A stretch of 25,971 bases of DNA, from positions 1 to 25,971 of the IMG/VR virus record IMGVR_UViG_3300036761_000756, one strand, 5' to 3'. The stretch's first letter is position 1; every line of letters begins with the position of its first letter. The stretch is from a virus. Taxonomy: Duplodnaviria > Caudoviricetes. A model generated the notes under the pieces. The model was not told the DNA's origin. It did no database searches and was given only the letters and a program-made list of their open reading frames with translations. Positions 17,301-24,360 of this stretch are shown piece after piece. Made by a program: the position numbers and the translations under genes.

Positions 17301-18079
17301 GGTACGAATCTGATATAGTAATAAATTACTATAATCATAGTAATTGGGAAAATACTAAATTATCATTCTTTAAAGAAATGAAAGTCGAAGTTGGTGAGAA
17401 AGCAGATTATGAGAGACTAAAGAAGTTTCATTATAGACAAGCTGCTTTAGGTGCTTTGAAAAAAGTCTATAAATGTACATATCAACATGAAGTAGTAGGA
17501 GTAATCGTTGTCTGCTATCCTCATTTAGCACTCAAGGGGAGAAATGTTGCATTGAAGAATACTCTTGCCAAGATGACGAAAGAGAATTGTGAAATATTGA
17601 ATAGAGATTTTGATTATCTTGCGCGAGTTATTATTCTCCCCAAGTTTAGAGGAATCGGGCTTTCGCAGTTTATGTTGAAGGAATACTTTAAATTAACAGA
17701 TGCAAAGTATGCAGAAACTCTCGCAGTAATGGCTAATTATAATCCTTTCTTTGAAAAAGCAGGAATGACAAAGATAGATGTAGAAGAAGATAAAGTAAGA
17801 ACACAGAGGGTAAAAGATTTAGAAGAATATGGATTCAATACGAGTTTAATTTCGAGTGCACGATATTGTCGCTCTATATATAATAATTTGACAGTTGTAC
17901 AGCAAATGGCAGTAAAAGAAATTGTTAAAGCAATTTTATCTCGCTATAAGGGTCAGATTTCTAAGCTCTTTTCTCAAGATGAATCAGTAGAGACGCTCAT
18001 AGAAAAAGATGTATGTATTCTAATGAAAGAACTTCAGAGAGCAAATACCATTTATTTAATCAAGCAACTAAAGGAGTAA
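14297..18079 (+). CDS. polB: family B DNA polymerase fused to an ABC-type ATPase and a GNAT acyltransferase
   Basis: ExoI DIE, ExoII GWN...FD, motif A DLSSAYP, B K...NSLFG, C DTDS, KGVE..RKD; then Walker A GDSGSGKS, signature LSDGQ, Walker B ILDEF, H-loop ATTH; then HY and ARV.ILPKFRGIGL...NPFFEKAGM. Confidence 0.93.
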   Translation: MLALPLVNIANNGKDVILFSRYGRELRITKDATFLPYFFEPSAKGIFITIDGKKVNKVFCRKPSEVKQKRTEFSYEADILFTKRYIIDKISEFRPAELKYSFVDIEVITKELPSHLNPIHPVSCISCSNSYTDEIKTFFLKDYHIQIDTDLETKEKQLLNEFVEWTRKEQFDMILGWNFIAFDYVYLSARYKFLFGVELADMLSPLNQNRWLSKSKVDMQEILAPVGLSIIDYLDFFKKVYRTESSYALDSIAQKYLNEESIGKFDFSKLTEEIKAKNIKDVQRMIALDKKLKLIAYYDEIRRMGKCLWEDLTWYSKVLDVMLLSEAKQKGLILPSKRYSEDIIDEPGFEGAYRRCETGRFEGLWKVDLSSAYPASIINFCLDIANLTNITTEQKIDITDRETNEIKQTIYVKQNFNAVLPTLARKLVAKKDTLKRQLKALDPESEEAKDLQIKYDATKALVNSLFGVCGLKVFRLFDYRIASAITSIVRDLLHYVEDKVQTLGMKVIYLDTDSFFIDAKENPTELLNSLIKQWAKEKYNKDSIDIEFDCEGRFSTLLVIALCHYVGDLETKKGVKREIKGVEAKRKDSSVFMKKFQEELIDMILKNKSREAIETFIASQKEAIKQAPLVEIGFPCKVNNEKVYKSPPIFQRALEYTKELVPTFDKVSGDSFYYIYVDSFGSATRKSSRMWKNKDTGVKELQKSETEVDKDVLAFDAESYSHVKNVNWNEMLRRTINEKVEHIFEALKWNVEPSKKVLEDSPFLTGKKRGEAIKKNTVKKEILEEVKCLLPINVLPKVDISKEETFNISHSFKTKAEITDRTIMVAEAFGLGIDDEKSFTIYDNVELKVKTGDIIYITGDSGSGKSWILNNVFAKMPNAISINDLKIDDNEVVVEGVGKNLNDALMKLNIAGLGDAFLYLRKYSQLSDGQKYRYRIAKFIDHEEKAIWILDEFCATLDRTTAKIVATNLHKIARKLSKTVVVATTHTDLLEEIKPTVHIVKGYESDIVINYYNHSNWENTKLSFFKEMKVEVGEKADYERLKKFHYRQAALGALKKVYKCTYQHEVVGVIVVCYPHLALKGRNVALKNTLAKMTKENCEILNRDFDYLARVIILPKFRGIGLSQFMLKEYFKLTDAKYAETLAVMANYNPFFEKAGMTKIDVEEDKVRTQRVKDLEEYGFNTSLISSARYCRSIYNNLTVVQQMAVKEIVKAILSRYKGQISKLFSQDESVETLIEKDVCILMKELQRANTIYLIKQLKE

Positions 18080-18081
18080 CG

Positions 18082-18252
18082 ATGAGCTACGTACTATTTT
18101 TTAAAACAAAAGAATTGGAAAAAGCGCGTAGATTTGTAGAAAGAATTTACGAAACGGAAGAGCAAGCTCAATGCGAAGCCAATAAGTTAAATATAGAAGG
18201 CTATAACGGGCAAGAAGTCATTTATACATCGATTAAAGAAGGACGAAAGTAA
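18082..18252 (+). CDS. small hypothetical protein
   Basis: AAGGAG SD before ATG 18082 (better than track start 18013). Confidence 0.7.
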   Translation: MSYVLFFKTKELEKARRFVERIYETEEQAQCEANKLNIEGYNGQEVIYTSIKEGRK

Positions 18253-18833
18253 TGATAAGTAATTTAACAAAACTTCAGAAGAATCTCGGTTTTAAATTAC
18301 GTGAGAATATTTTTTGTCTTGCAGTCGATACTGCGACTAAAAGTGGGATTGCTATGATTTTAATTAATAAATGCAAAGCTACTATTATAACTTATACAGT
18401 AAAACTTCCTGCTCTTCCGAAAGATATGGAATCAAAAGCAGAAAAATATCAAGAACATTTATCGGCTTTTGTGAAATTAGTAGACGAAGAAATAATTAAA
18501 AAGTTGCCTCCATATTCGGCATATGATTCTGTGCTGGTAATTGAAAACTCGTTTTTGAAGATGAATGTCGTTACCTTCGGGTTCCTTAGAGCTTTGCAGG
18601 GGATTCTGTATGCTAAGTTATGTAACAAATTTGAAGATATTAAAATTATCTTCCCTACTACAGCTCGTAAAATGGTAGGATTTGAATCTAGTTTACCAAG
18701 AGGTACTAAACCGAAAGATAAGAAGAAAGAGATTATGAAGTGGATTGGCAATGTAGTAGAAGAAACTATTACTGATGATAATATTTCTGACGCACTTTTG
18801 CTAGCTTTTGCTGGACTAAAGGAGACGAAATGA
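18252..18833 (+). CDS. RuvC-like (RNase H fold) resolvase/nuclease
   Basis: LAVD.A.KSG.A, LVIE, P...RK..G, K.E, DNISDA. Confidence 0.8.
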   Translation: MISNLTKLQKNLGFKLRENIFCLAVDTATKSGIAMILINKCKATIITYTVKLPALPKDMESKAEKYQEHLSAFVKLVDEEIIKKLPPYSAYDSVLVIENSFLKMNVVTFGFLRALQGILYAKLCNKFEDIKIIFPTTARKMVGFESSLPRGTKPKDKKKEIMKWIGNVVEETITDDNISDALLLAFAGLKETK

Positions 18834-19189
18834 AAATTACTAAAGATGCTGCAAACTCCATAACTCTTGAGACTGCTTTCTTCAATATTACGGTCTATGA
18901 AGAATTGAGTCAGTTTATTAACGTGCATCATTGGAATTGGATTACGTTTGATTTCTTGAAATTTGAAATGGATTGGGAACGAATGACGGGATGTGCGTCA
19001 ATTACTGTAGTTGTTTTAGGTATTGCATTTGTATTAACTTTTAATTATGAAACAGAGAAATCAATAAAGTTTTGGAAAGACACTAATAAAATGATAGAAG
19101 AAATAACTGAAACTGATGGAAAGAAATTAATTACTACCACTTCGTCTGAAGGGGTAACGTATGATTGGACGGAGAATACAGATGAATGA
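18830..19189 (+). CDS. hypothetical protein
   Basis: AAGGAG SD; ATGA overlap. Confidence 0.75.
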   Translation: MKITKDAANSITLETAFFNITVYEELSQFINVHHWNWITFDFLKFEMDWERMTGCASITVVVLGIAFVLTFNYETEKSIKFWKDTNKMIEEITETDGKKLITTTSSEGVTYDWTENTDE

Positions 19190-19242
19190 TTGGCAGCAAG
19201 ATTTAGAAGACAAATTTAAGAATATAACCAAGGAGGCAGCAA

Positions 19243-19398
19243 ATGGAGACGCAGCAAATCGGGCAGTATATCCGATACGGCGGGATAGCGGTCGGAGCGA
19301 TAACGGCAATAGTGTTCGTAGCACAGCACCCAGTTCCAGTAATTCTATTGGGAGTGGGAGCAGCGATGTACTTCGTAGGACAGTATCTCAGCAAGTAA
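19243..19398 (+). CDS. two-helix membrane peptide (51 aa)
   Basis: AAGGAGG SD; METQQIGQYIRYGGIAVGAITAIVFVAQHPVPVILLGVGAAMYFVGQYLSK; missed by the track. Confidence 0.75.
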   Translation: METQQIGQYIRYGGIAVGAITAIVFVAQHPVPVILLGVGAAMYFVGQYLSK

Positions 19399-19427
19399 CA
19401 ACTAAAGTTGAAAGGAGGACAAATTTA

Positions 19428-19628
19428 ATGATTACTAGAGAAGCAGCTTTGGATGATTTGGAGAAGTTAGAAAAAGAAGCTACGGATGAAGCTAGTCGCA
19501 TGTTGGTGAAGGTGGCTAAAGTTCTCGTTAAGGTATTGGCGACTATTAGAAGTAATCAACTTTTGACGGATGAGGACAAGACACGCATTAAAGCAGCGCG
19601 TGCTGAAAAGAAACCAGAAGTTAAGTAA
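19428..19628 (+). CDS. small helical protein (66 aa)
   Basis: AAAGGAGG SD before ATG 19428; C-terminal part of track ORF 19161..19628. Confidence 0.8.
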   Translation: MITREAALDDLEKLEKEATDEASRMLVKVAKVLVKVLATIRSNQLLTDEDKTRIKAARAEKKPEVK

Positions 19629-19634
19629 CATAAC

Positions 19635-19661
19635 GCAGAGGTTGAGGAAACTCGCCTCTGC
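19635..19661 (+). other. GC-rich stem-loop with GAAA tetraloop
   Basis: GCAGAGG-T-TGAG-GAAA-CTCG-CCTCTGC; intergenic; no following U-tract. Confidence 0.75.
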
Positions 19662-19668
19662 CCAAGAC

Positions 19669-19824
19669 ATGAAAAAATATAAAATTCCCAATGATTGTAA
19701 AGAAATAATTTTCCATGAGATAGATAATTCTCTATGGGCTTTATTATCATCTCTGAAACAAGATTGCTTCGGTAATTGGAGAATCGAATGGGAAGAAGAA
19801 AAATTAGAGGAAATAAATGATTAA
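19669..19824 (+). CDS. small hypothetical protein (51 aa)
   Basis: ATG 19669 within track ORF 19570..19824; overlaps the next start; no clear SD. Confidence 0.5.
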   Translation: MKKYKIPNDCKEIIFHEIDNSLWALLSSLKQDCFGNWRIEWEEEKLEEIND

Positions 19825-20272
19825 TATCTGTAAATTATGTCATAAGCAATTCAAAACAAAAGTTCGTTTGCAAAAATATTGTAGTTTATTACATGCGTAT
19901 GCAGATAGGTCAAAAGATAAATATCTGAAAATTCAAACTAGATTAAAAGAAATTCCGATTGAATTTTTAATTTGGTTTACTGGCTTTTGGGAAGGAGAAG
20001 GATGTTTGATTTCTCATGGCAGATATTATTGTTTAACGATTTCTCAAAAAGATTATTCAATAATGAAATATATTAAGGCTACATTCGGATTTGGAACTGC
20101 AAAAAAACATTCAAATACTAAGCAGAATTTTACATGGAATCTTTTTAATTGCGGAGAAATATTGGCTTTAATTGAGAGAATGGAACCATATATAAAATTA
20201 AAACATCGGAAATTACAGATAGATAAATTTAGAAAATCAACTAGATTTGCTACCTTAAACCAATATGTATAA
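19817..20272 (+). CDS. free-standing LAGLIDADG homing endonuclease with N-terminal Zn-finger
   Basis: WFTGFWEGEG helix, ISQKD..IM.YI...FGFG, PYIKLK; CKLC...YCS..H. Confidence 0.85.
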   Translation: MINICKLCHKQFKTKVRLQKYCSLLHAYADRSKDKYLKIQTRLKEIPIEFLIWFTGFWEGEGCLISHGRYYCLTISQKDYSIMKYIKATFGFGTAKKHSNTKQNFTWNLFNCGEILALIERMEPYIKLKHRKLQIDKFRKSTRFATLNQYV

Positions 20273-20660
20273 AGAATTTATCTCTTTTCTCACACATGCA
20301 GGATTTTGGGGATGGGGAATTATCATTGCTCGATTTTATGATGGATTTAAATATCATAAATTAAGTAACGCTATCCGTAGGGCTAAAACAGGAGAAGGTC
20401 ATTCGAGAGATTTTGGCAATTTGGCATTGGGAGTAGATGTATTTATGTTAGGCTATTTTATCTTTAAAAATTTTGACCCTTATATGGTTTTATCTTGTGT
20501 ACTTTGTATTATTTTTGTAGGAGATTATTGGATAACTTTATATAAATACTATCCCTATCAAACATATCCAAGACGAATTAGAAAAGTCATTAAAAGGCCG
20601 AATCTATTAGTTTATTTTATTAATTCGCTACAGAATGACAGAACTAAAAAGCATTTATAA
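20265..20660 (+). CDS. three-helix membrane protein, PQ-loop/SemiSWEET-like
   Basis: TM1, loop IRRAKTGEGHS, TM2 ending in Y, TM3; the PQ dipeptide itself is absent. Confidence 0.55.
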   Translation: MYKEFISFLTHAGFWGWGIIIARFYDGFKYHKLSNAIRRAKTGEGHSRDFGNLALGVDVFMLGYFIFKNFDPYMVLSCVLCIIFVGDYWITLYKYYPYQTYPRRIRKVIKRPNLLVYFINSLQNDRTKKHL

Positions 20661-20672
20661 GAAGGAGCGAAT

Positions 20673-21014
20673 ATGCAAGTAGAATATTGTGATTTATGCG
20701 ATTCGATAATGAAAGACAGTGAAATTTATACATTGTATATTGCATTTCCTTTTATTGACCGTAATATCGATAATTATGGAAACTACAGTGGCGATTCAAT
20801 GAAAGAATACAATGATTATGTAGACCATGTCAGAAAAGAAAGCAAAAAGATTTGTTCTACTTGCAAGCGCATCTTTGATGAGATTTTTAAATTACGTAGA
20901 CAGAATTTATCTCTATTATCAGATGACATTTGGAACATATCTTATCTACCTTGTAAGGACATAAAAAATGAAAAAAAGAGCAAGCAAAAAGACGAAGAAA
21001 ATAAGAAAGATTAA
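20673..21014 (+). CDS. zinc-binding hypothetical protein
   Basis: AAGGAG SD; CDLC...ICSTC. Confidence 0.75.
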   Translation: MQVEYCDLCDSIMKDSEIYTLYIAFPFIDRNIDNYGNYSGDSMKEYNDYVDHVRKESKKICSTCKRIFDEIFKLRRQNLSLLSDDIWNISYLPCKDIKNEKKSKQKDEENKKD

Positions 21015-21078
21015 GTGGGATGATACATACGGAGACAAGATTGTCTTTCGTTCTCTTGGAGATATTGGTAAATGGTAA
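20968..21078 (+). CDS. small basic peptide (36 aa)
   Basis: Initiation region AAGGACATAAAAAATG identical to that of polB; MKKRASKKTKKIRKIKWDD... Confidence 0.5.
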   Translation: MKKRASKKTKKIRKIKWDDTYGDKIVFRSLGDIGKW

Positions 21079-21087
21079 GGAGTAAAA

Positions 21088-22038
21088 ATGAATAATTATC
21101 TGTTCTTCTCAGATTTACATTTAGCCCAAAATTCTATTGCTGAATGTAAAGACATCTTAGAAGAAATTATTACGTTATGTACAGTACATAATATCACAAA
21201 AGTTTTTGATTTGGGAGATACTTTTGATAAAGTAAATCCCAGTTCAGAAGAGCTTGATATTTTTGCATCTTTTGTAACTCGTCTTAATCTCCCTATTGTA
21301 GTTCTTGCAGCAAATTCTCACGAATCTACTACTCAACACGATTCTGTACTTAATCATTTTGGATTATTAAGAGAAACAGTAACCGTTGTCAAATCTTATA
21401 TTGATGACGGATTTTTATTTTGTGGGCACTTCATTGTGAGTCAATCTACCAAGAATTATGGAGGTACTGTAGATAAGAATACACTAAAGCAATATCCTTT
21501 TGTGCTCTTAGGACACGGGCACAATCCAGAGCAAATCGGTGCGAATATTATGCAATTAGGTAGCTGTAGATATGTCGATTTCGGAGAAGATAAGACATTA
21601 AAGAAGCAAATTGCTATATGTAACGATTATAAAGAGCAAAAGCAGAATTGGAGCTTTTTGACGCTCAAGACTACCATTCCCATGATGGACGTGATAGTAG
21701 ACGTTTCCGCTTCAAAAGCTCAATCTAGAGCGCAAAACAGCGTTTTTTATGATACAATTCAAGCTCTATGCGACTCTTTAGACAAATTATCAGCTAAAAT
21801 CAAGATTCGTCTTATTTTTCGAAATTATGCGCTTTGGGTAGAATATCTTGCAGTAGCAGAACAGTACAAGAAAAAGTTCGTACTTTATACTGAAAAGAAG
21901 GAATTCGTGCTTTCAGATTTAGCGTTAGCTAGCGCGAAAAATGAAACCATATCATTAAAAGAAAATCTTACTTCTTGGCTTGAAAAGAATAAAGTAGATG
22001 CAAAGATTCGAGATGTATTATTGGAGGAACTAACATGA
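21088..22038 (+). CDS. sbcD: Mre11/SbcD-like metallophosphoesterase nuclease
   Basis: SDLH, LGDTFD, NSHE, GH, LGHGH, LGS...DFGE; Rad50-like gene nearby. Confidence 0.85.
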   Translation: MNNYLFFSDLHLAQNSIAECKDILEEIITLCTVHNITKVFDLGDTFDKVNPSSEELDIFASFVTRLNLPIVVLAANSHESTTQHDSVLNHFGLLRETVTVVKSYIDDGFLFCGHFIVSQSTKNYGGTVDKNTLKQYPFVLLGHGHNPEQIGANIMQLGSCRYVDFGEDKTLKKQIAICNDYKEQKQNWSFLTLKTTIPMMDVIVDVSASKAQSRAQNSVFYDTIQALCDSLDKLSAKIKIRLIFRNYALWVEYLAVAEQYKKKFVLYTEKKEFVLSDLALASAKNETISLKENLTSWLEKNKVDAKIRDVLLEELT

Positions 22039-22601
22039 GCGACTTTCCTGAATTTCAAGGTTTCAGAAAAATAGCTCGATTAAGTAGAGAAATTATTATT
22101 ACGGAAAAAATCGATGGAACTAATGGGCTCATTTATATTGATGAGCAAAATAATATCTTTGCAGGTAGTAGAAATCGTTGGTTGTGGGGAAGTGTTGAGC
22201 CCGATAAGATGGAAAACAATCATGGCTTTGCTGCTTGGGTCAAAGAGAATCAAACCGAATTACTTAAATTAGGAAAAGGTCATCATTATGGAGAATGGTG
22301 GGGTAAGGGAATTCAAAGAGGATATGGAGTAGAAGAGAAGAGGTTCTCTTTATTTAATGTTAGTAGATGGTCAGACGATTCAGTCAGACCAAAATGTTGT
22401 TATGTAGTTCCTATTCTTGGTAAATTAGAATTTAATACGGAAAAAATAGATTGTTTATTGGAATGGTTAAAAGCTCATGGCAGTGTAGCAGTTCCGAATT
22501 TTATGAATCCAGAAGGCATAGTAATTTATCATACTGCTGGTGGAGTTTCTTTTAAGAAGACTATTGAGAATGATGATAAGGGAAAAGATGAAAATAAATA
22601 G
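22035..22601 (+). CDS. RNA ligase (Rnl2-like nucleotidyltransferase domain)
   Basis: TEKIDGTN, GSR, YGEW.G.GIQ..Y, F.LF, VP.L, EGIV, FK. Confidence 0.88.
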   Translation: MSDFPEFQGFRKIARLSREIIITEKIDGTNGLIYIDEQNNIFAGSRNRWLWGSVEPDKMENNHGFAAWVKENQTELLKLGKGHHYGEWWGKGIQRGYGVEEKRFSLFNVSRWSDDSVRPKCCYVVPILGKLEFNTEKIDCLLEWLKAHGSVAVPNFMNPEGIVIYHTAGGVSFKKTIENDDKGKDENK

Positions 22602-24018
22602 ACTCGAATTAAAGAATTTTAAACTTTTTAGAACTGCTGATATTACTTTCAGTAAAATCAATATAATTACTGGAGTCAATGGAGCAGGGAAGTCTACCAT
22701 ACTGCAAGCGATTCTCTATGCTTTGTATGGTAATGGGGGTAACAATAACTTAACAGATTTGATAAGTTTCGGAAATAAAGAAGCTACAGTCAAATTAGAA
22801 ACCTCTGATTTTAATATTGTTAGAAAAGTACCCACTGAATTGCAGATATTTCAATCAAATAAAGAAATTCAGTATAATACACTTACTTTAAAGCAACAGT
22901 GGATAGATAAGCAGATTAATGATTTTAATTTCTTTAAGAAATATAGATTATTAAATAAACAATCGATTAATTTATTAGACTTAGGAATTGTGTCTCTTCG
23001 TAAAGAATTGATGACGTTTCTTGATGATTCAACAACAACGATGCGACAGAATTTGCTCGCTAAGAAATTAGAGAGAGAAACGTATAATGTAGATAAGAAA
23101 CTCTATCATTTTTATATTTCAGAAAAACGAGTGGCGACTTTGATGAGTGGTCTGGAGACTATTAAAGCAGAGCAAATGAACTTTGAAGTACAGAAGAAAA
23201 CGCAGCAAACTATTTGTAATGAACTTGAAGCAGATATAGATGCTAAAGTTCAAATTCAATATTATAAGCAAAGTGAGATGAAGAAAGCGAAAGAAGGAAT
23301 TTGTCCTATTCTTAAATCGAAATGCGAAAAGATTTCTACTGCTTTAAAAGATTCTGATATGTCGCATAACGTAGCTGTAACTAAAGAAATTGACATATTA
23401 GAAAACGAAGTCAAAGACTTGCGAGTTCAAAGACAAGTAGAAGTCGATGCTCTAGCATATTTTAATAAAGTCTTAGAAGAATTAACGCATCGGGAAAGAA
23501 AAGTACAAGCATGTCTTATGAAATTAAATGAAGCAAAGAAATTCTCAGCCTATAAATATACGAAAGCAGATGTGGCTCTATATGCAGATGCAATTAAAGT
23601 GCTAGATACTTTTTCAGGTTGGTATATTCAGAATTGGTTAGATAATCTTACATTGATTATAAACAATCTGTTAGAACCAATGAATATGAGCGTTACGTTT
23701 ACTGCGGATAAGCAATTCTTAATGATTAAGAATGAAGCACAAGAAATGAAGTATGAAAGTTTATCAGAAGGGCAGCAAGTATTTCTTAATATCGTCTTTA
23801 AGATTGCTATTCTCATGCAGAATGGGATTAACGACGGTATCATTATGATTGATGATTCTGTCAATAGTTTGATGCTCGAAAATATACATAAATTGATTGA
23901 TATTTTGAAGCAAACTTCTTATCAGATTTTTATGATAAAACAAGATATAGACAAAGAGATTACGGATGTGAGTTACATTAATGTAGTACGAACAGCAGGA
24001 GAAAGTAATGTCGGATAA
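22588..24018 (+). CDS. sbcC: Rad50/SbcC-like SMC ATPase
   Basis: LKNFK, Walker A GVNGAGKS, coiled coil with central CP...C, signature LSEGQ, Walker B IMIDD; start ATG 22588. Confidence 0.88.
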   Translation: MKINRLELKNFKLFRTADITFSKINIITGVNGAGKSTILQAILYALYGNGGNNNLTDLISFGNKEATVKLETSDFNIVRKVPTELQIFQSNKEIQYNTLTLKQQWIDKQINDFNFFKKYRLLNKQSINLLDLGIVSLRKELMTFLDDSTTTMRQNLLAKKLERETYNVDKKLYHFYISEKRVATLMSGLETIKAEQMNFEVQKKTQQTICNELEADIDAKVQIQYYKQSEMKKAKEGICPILKSKCEKISTALKDSDMSHNVAVTKEIDILENEVKDLRVQRQVEVDALAYFNKVLEELTHRERKVQACLMKLNEAKKFSAYKYTKADVALYADAIKVLDTFSGWYIQNWLDNLTLIINNLLEPMNMSVTFTADKQFLMIKNEAQEMKYESLSEGQQVFLNIVFKIAILMQNGINDGIIMIDDSVNSLMLENIHKLIDILKQTSYQIFMIKQDIDKEITDVSYINVVRTAGESNVG

Positions 24019-24181
24019 GAAAGAGAAGTCGTCTTACAAGAAGATTCGGCAAGTATGGGAAATTAATTCAAAAGAGCGTATTAAAGAGGATAAGAAATCG
24101 CCAGCTTCGTCATGCGATGAATGTGGACTCTATCTTACAGACCCAAGAATGTGTATTAATTGTTATGAGGAGATGTCTTAA
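24008..24181 (+). CDS. small zinc-finger protein (57 aa)
   Basis: AGGAG SD; CDEC...CINC. Confidence 0.65.
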   Translation: MSDKKEKSSYKKIRQVWEINSKERIKEDKKSPASSCDECGLYLTDPRMCINCYEEMS

Positions 24182-24360
24182 TGCCCCATACTCATAAAAA
24201 AAGACCTCGAAAAACGTCATATACTCCCATAGAAAAAAGTCATTGTAATGTAGAGCGAGTTATAGAATGTATTGTGTCAGCGATTAAAAGTAATTGGATA
24301 GCTCCCTATGAGTGGCAGAAGATAGTGAAAGGAGTTAATAAAGAATTATGTTGTTCATAA
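24181..24360 (+). CDS. small hypothetical protein (59 aa)
   Basis: TAATG-coupled; GAGGAG SD; MPHTHKKRPRK... Confidence 0.55.
   Translation: MPHTHKKRPRKTSYTPIEKSHCNVERVIECIVSAIKSNWIAPYEWQKIVKGVNKELCCS

Noticed and set aside
16712-17340. ABC transporter ATP-binding subunit
   Set aside because: Fused between PolB and a GNAT domain, with no permease or binding-protein genes adjacent
14297-18079. Intein or stop-codon recoding as the reason for the long polymerase
   Set aside because: The extra length is C-terminal with clear ABC and GNAT motifs, and no intein splice motifs interrupt the Pol motifs. TAA, TAG and TGA all end genes at coupled junctions, consistent with the standard code
19161-19628. 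Track ORF as a single ordinary 155-aa gene
   Set aside because: Better explained by genes at 19243 and 19428 with strong SD sites; kept only as a possible isoform from 19182
19635-20272. Group I intron or ribozyme around the LAGLIDADG gene
   Set aside because: Only one hairpin; no interrupted host gene or intron core seen; hammerhead and RNase P consensus not met
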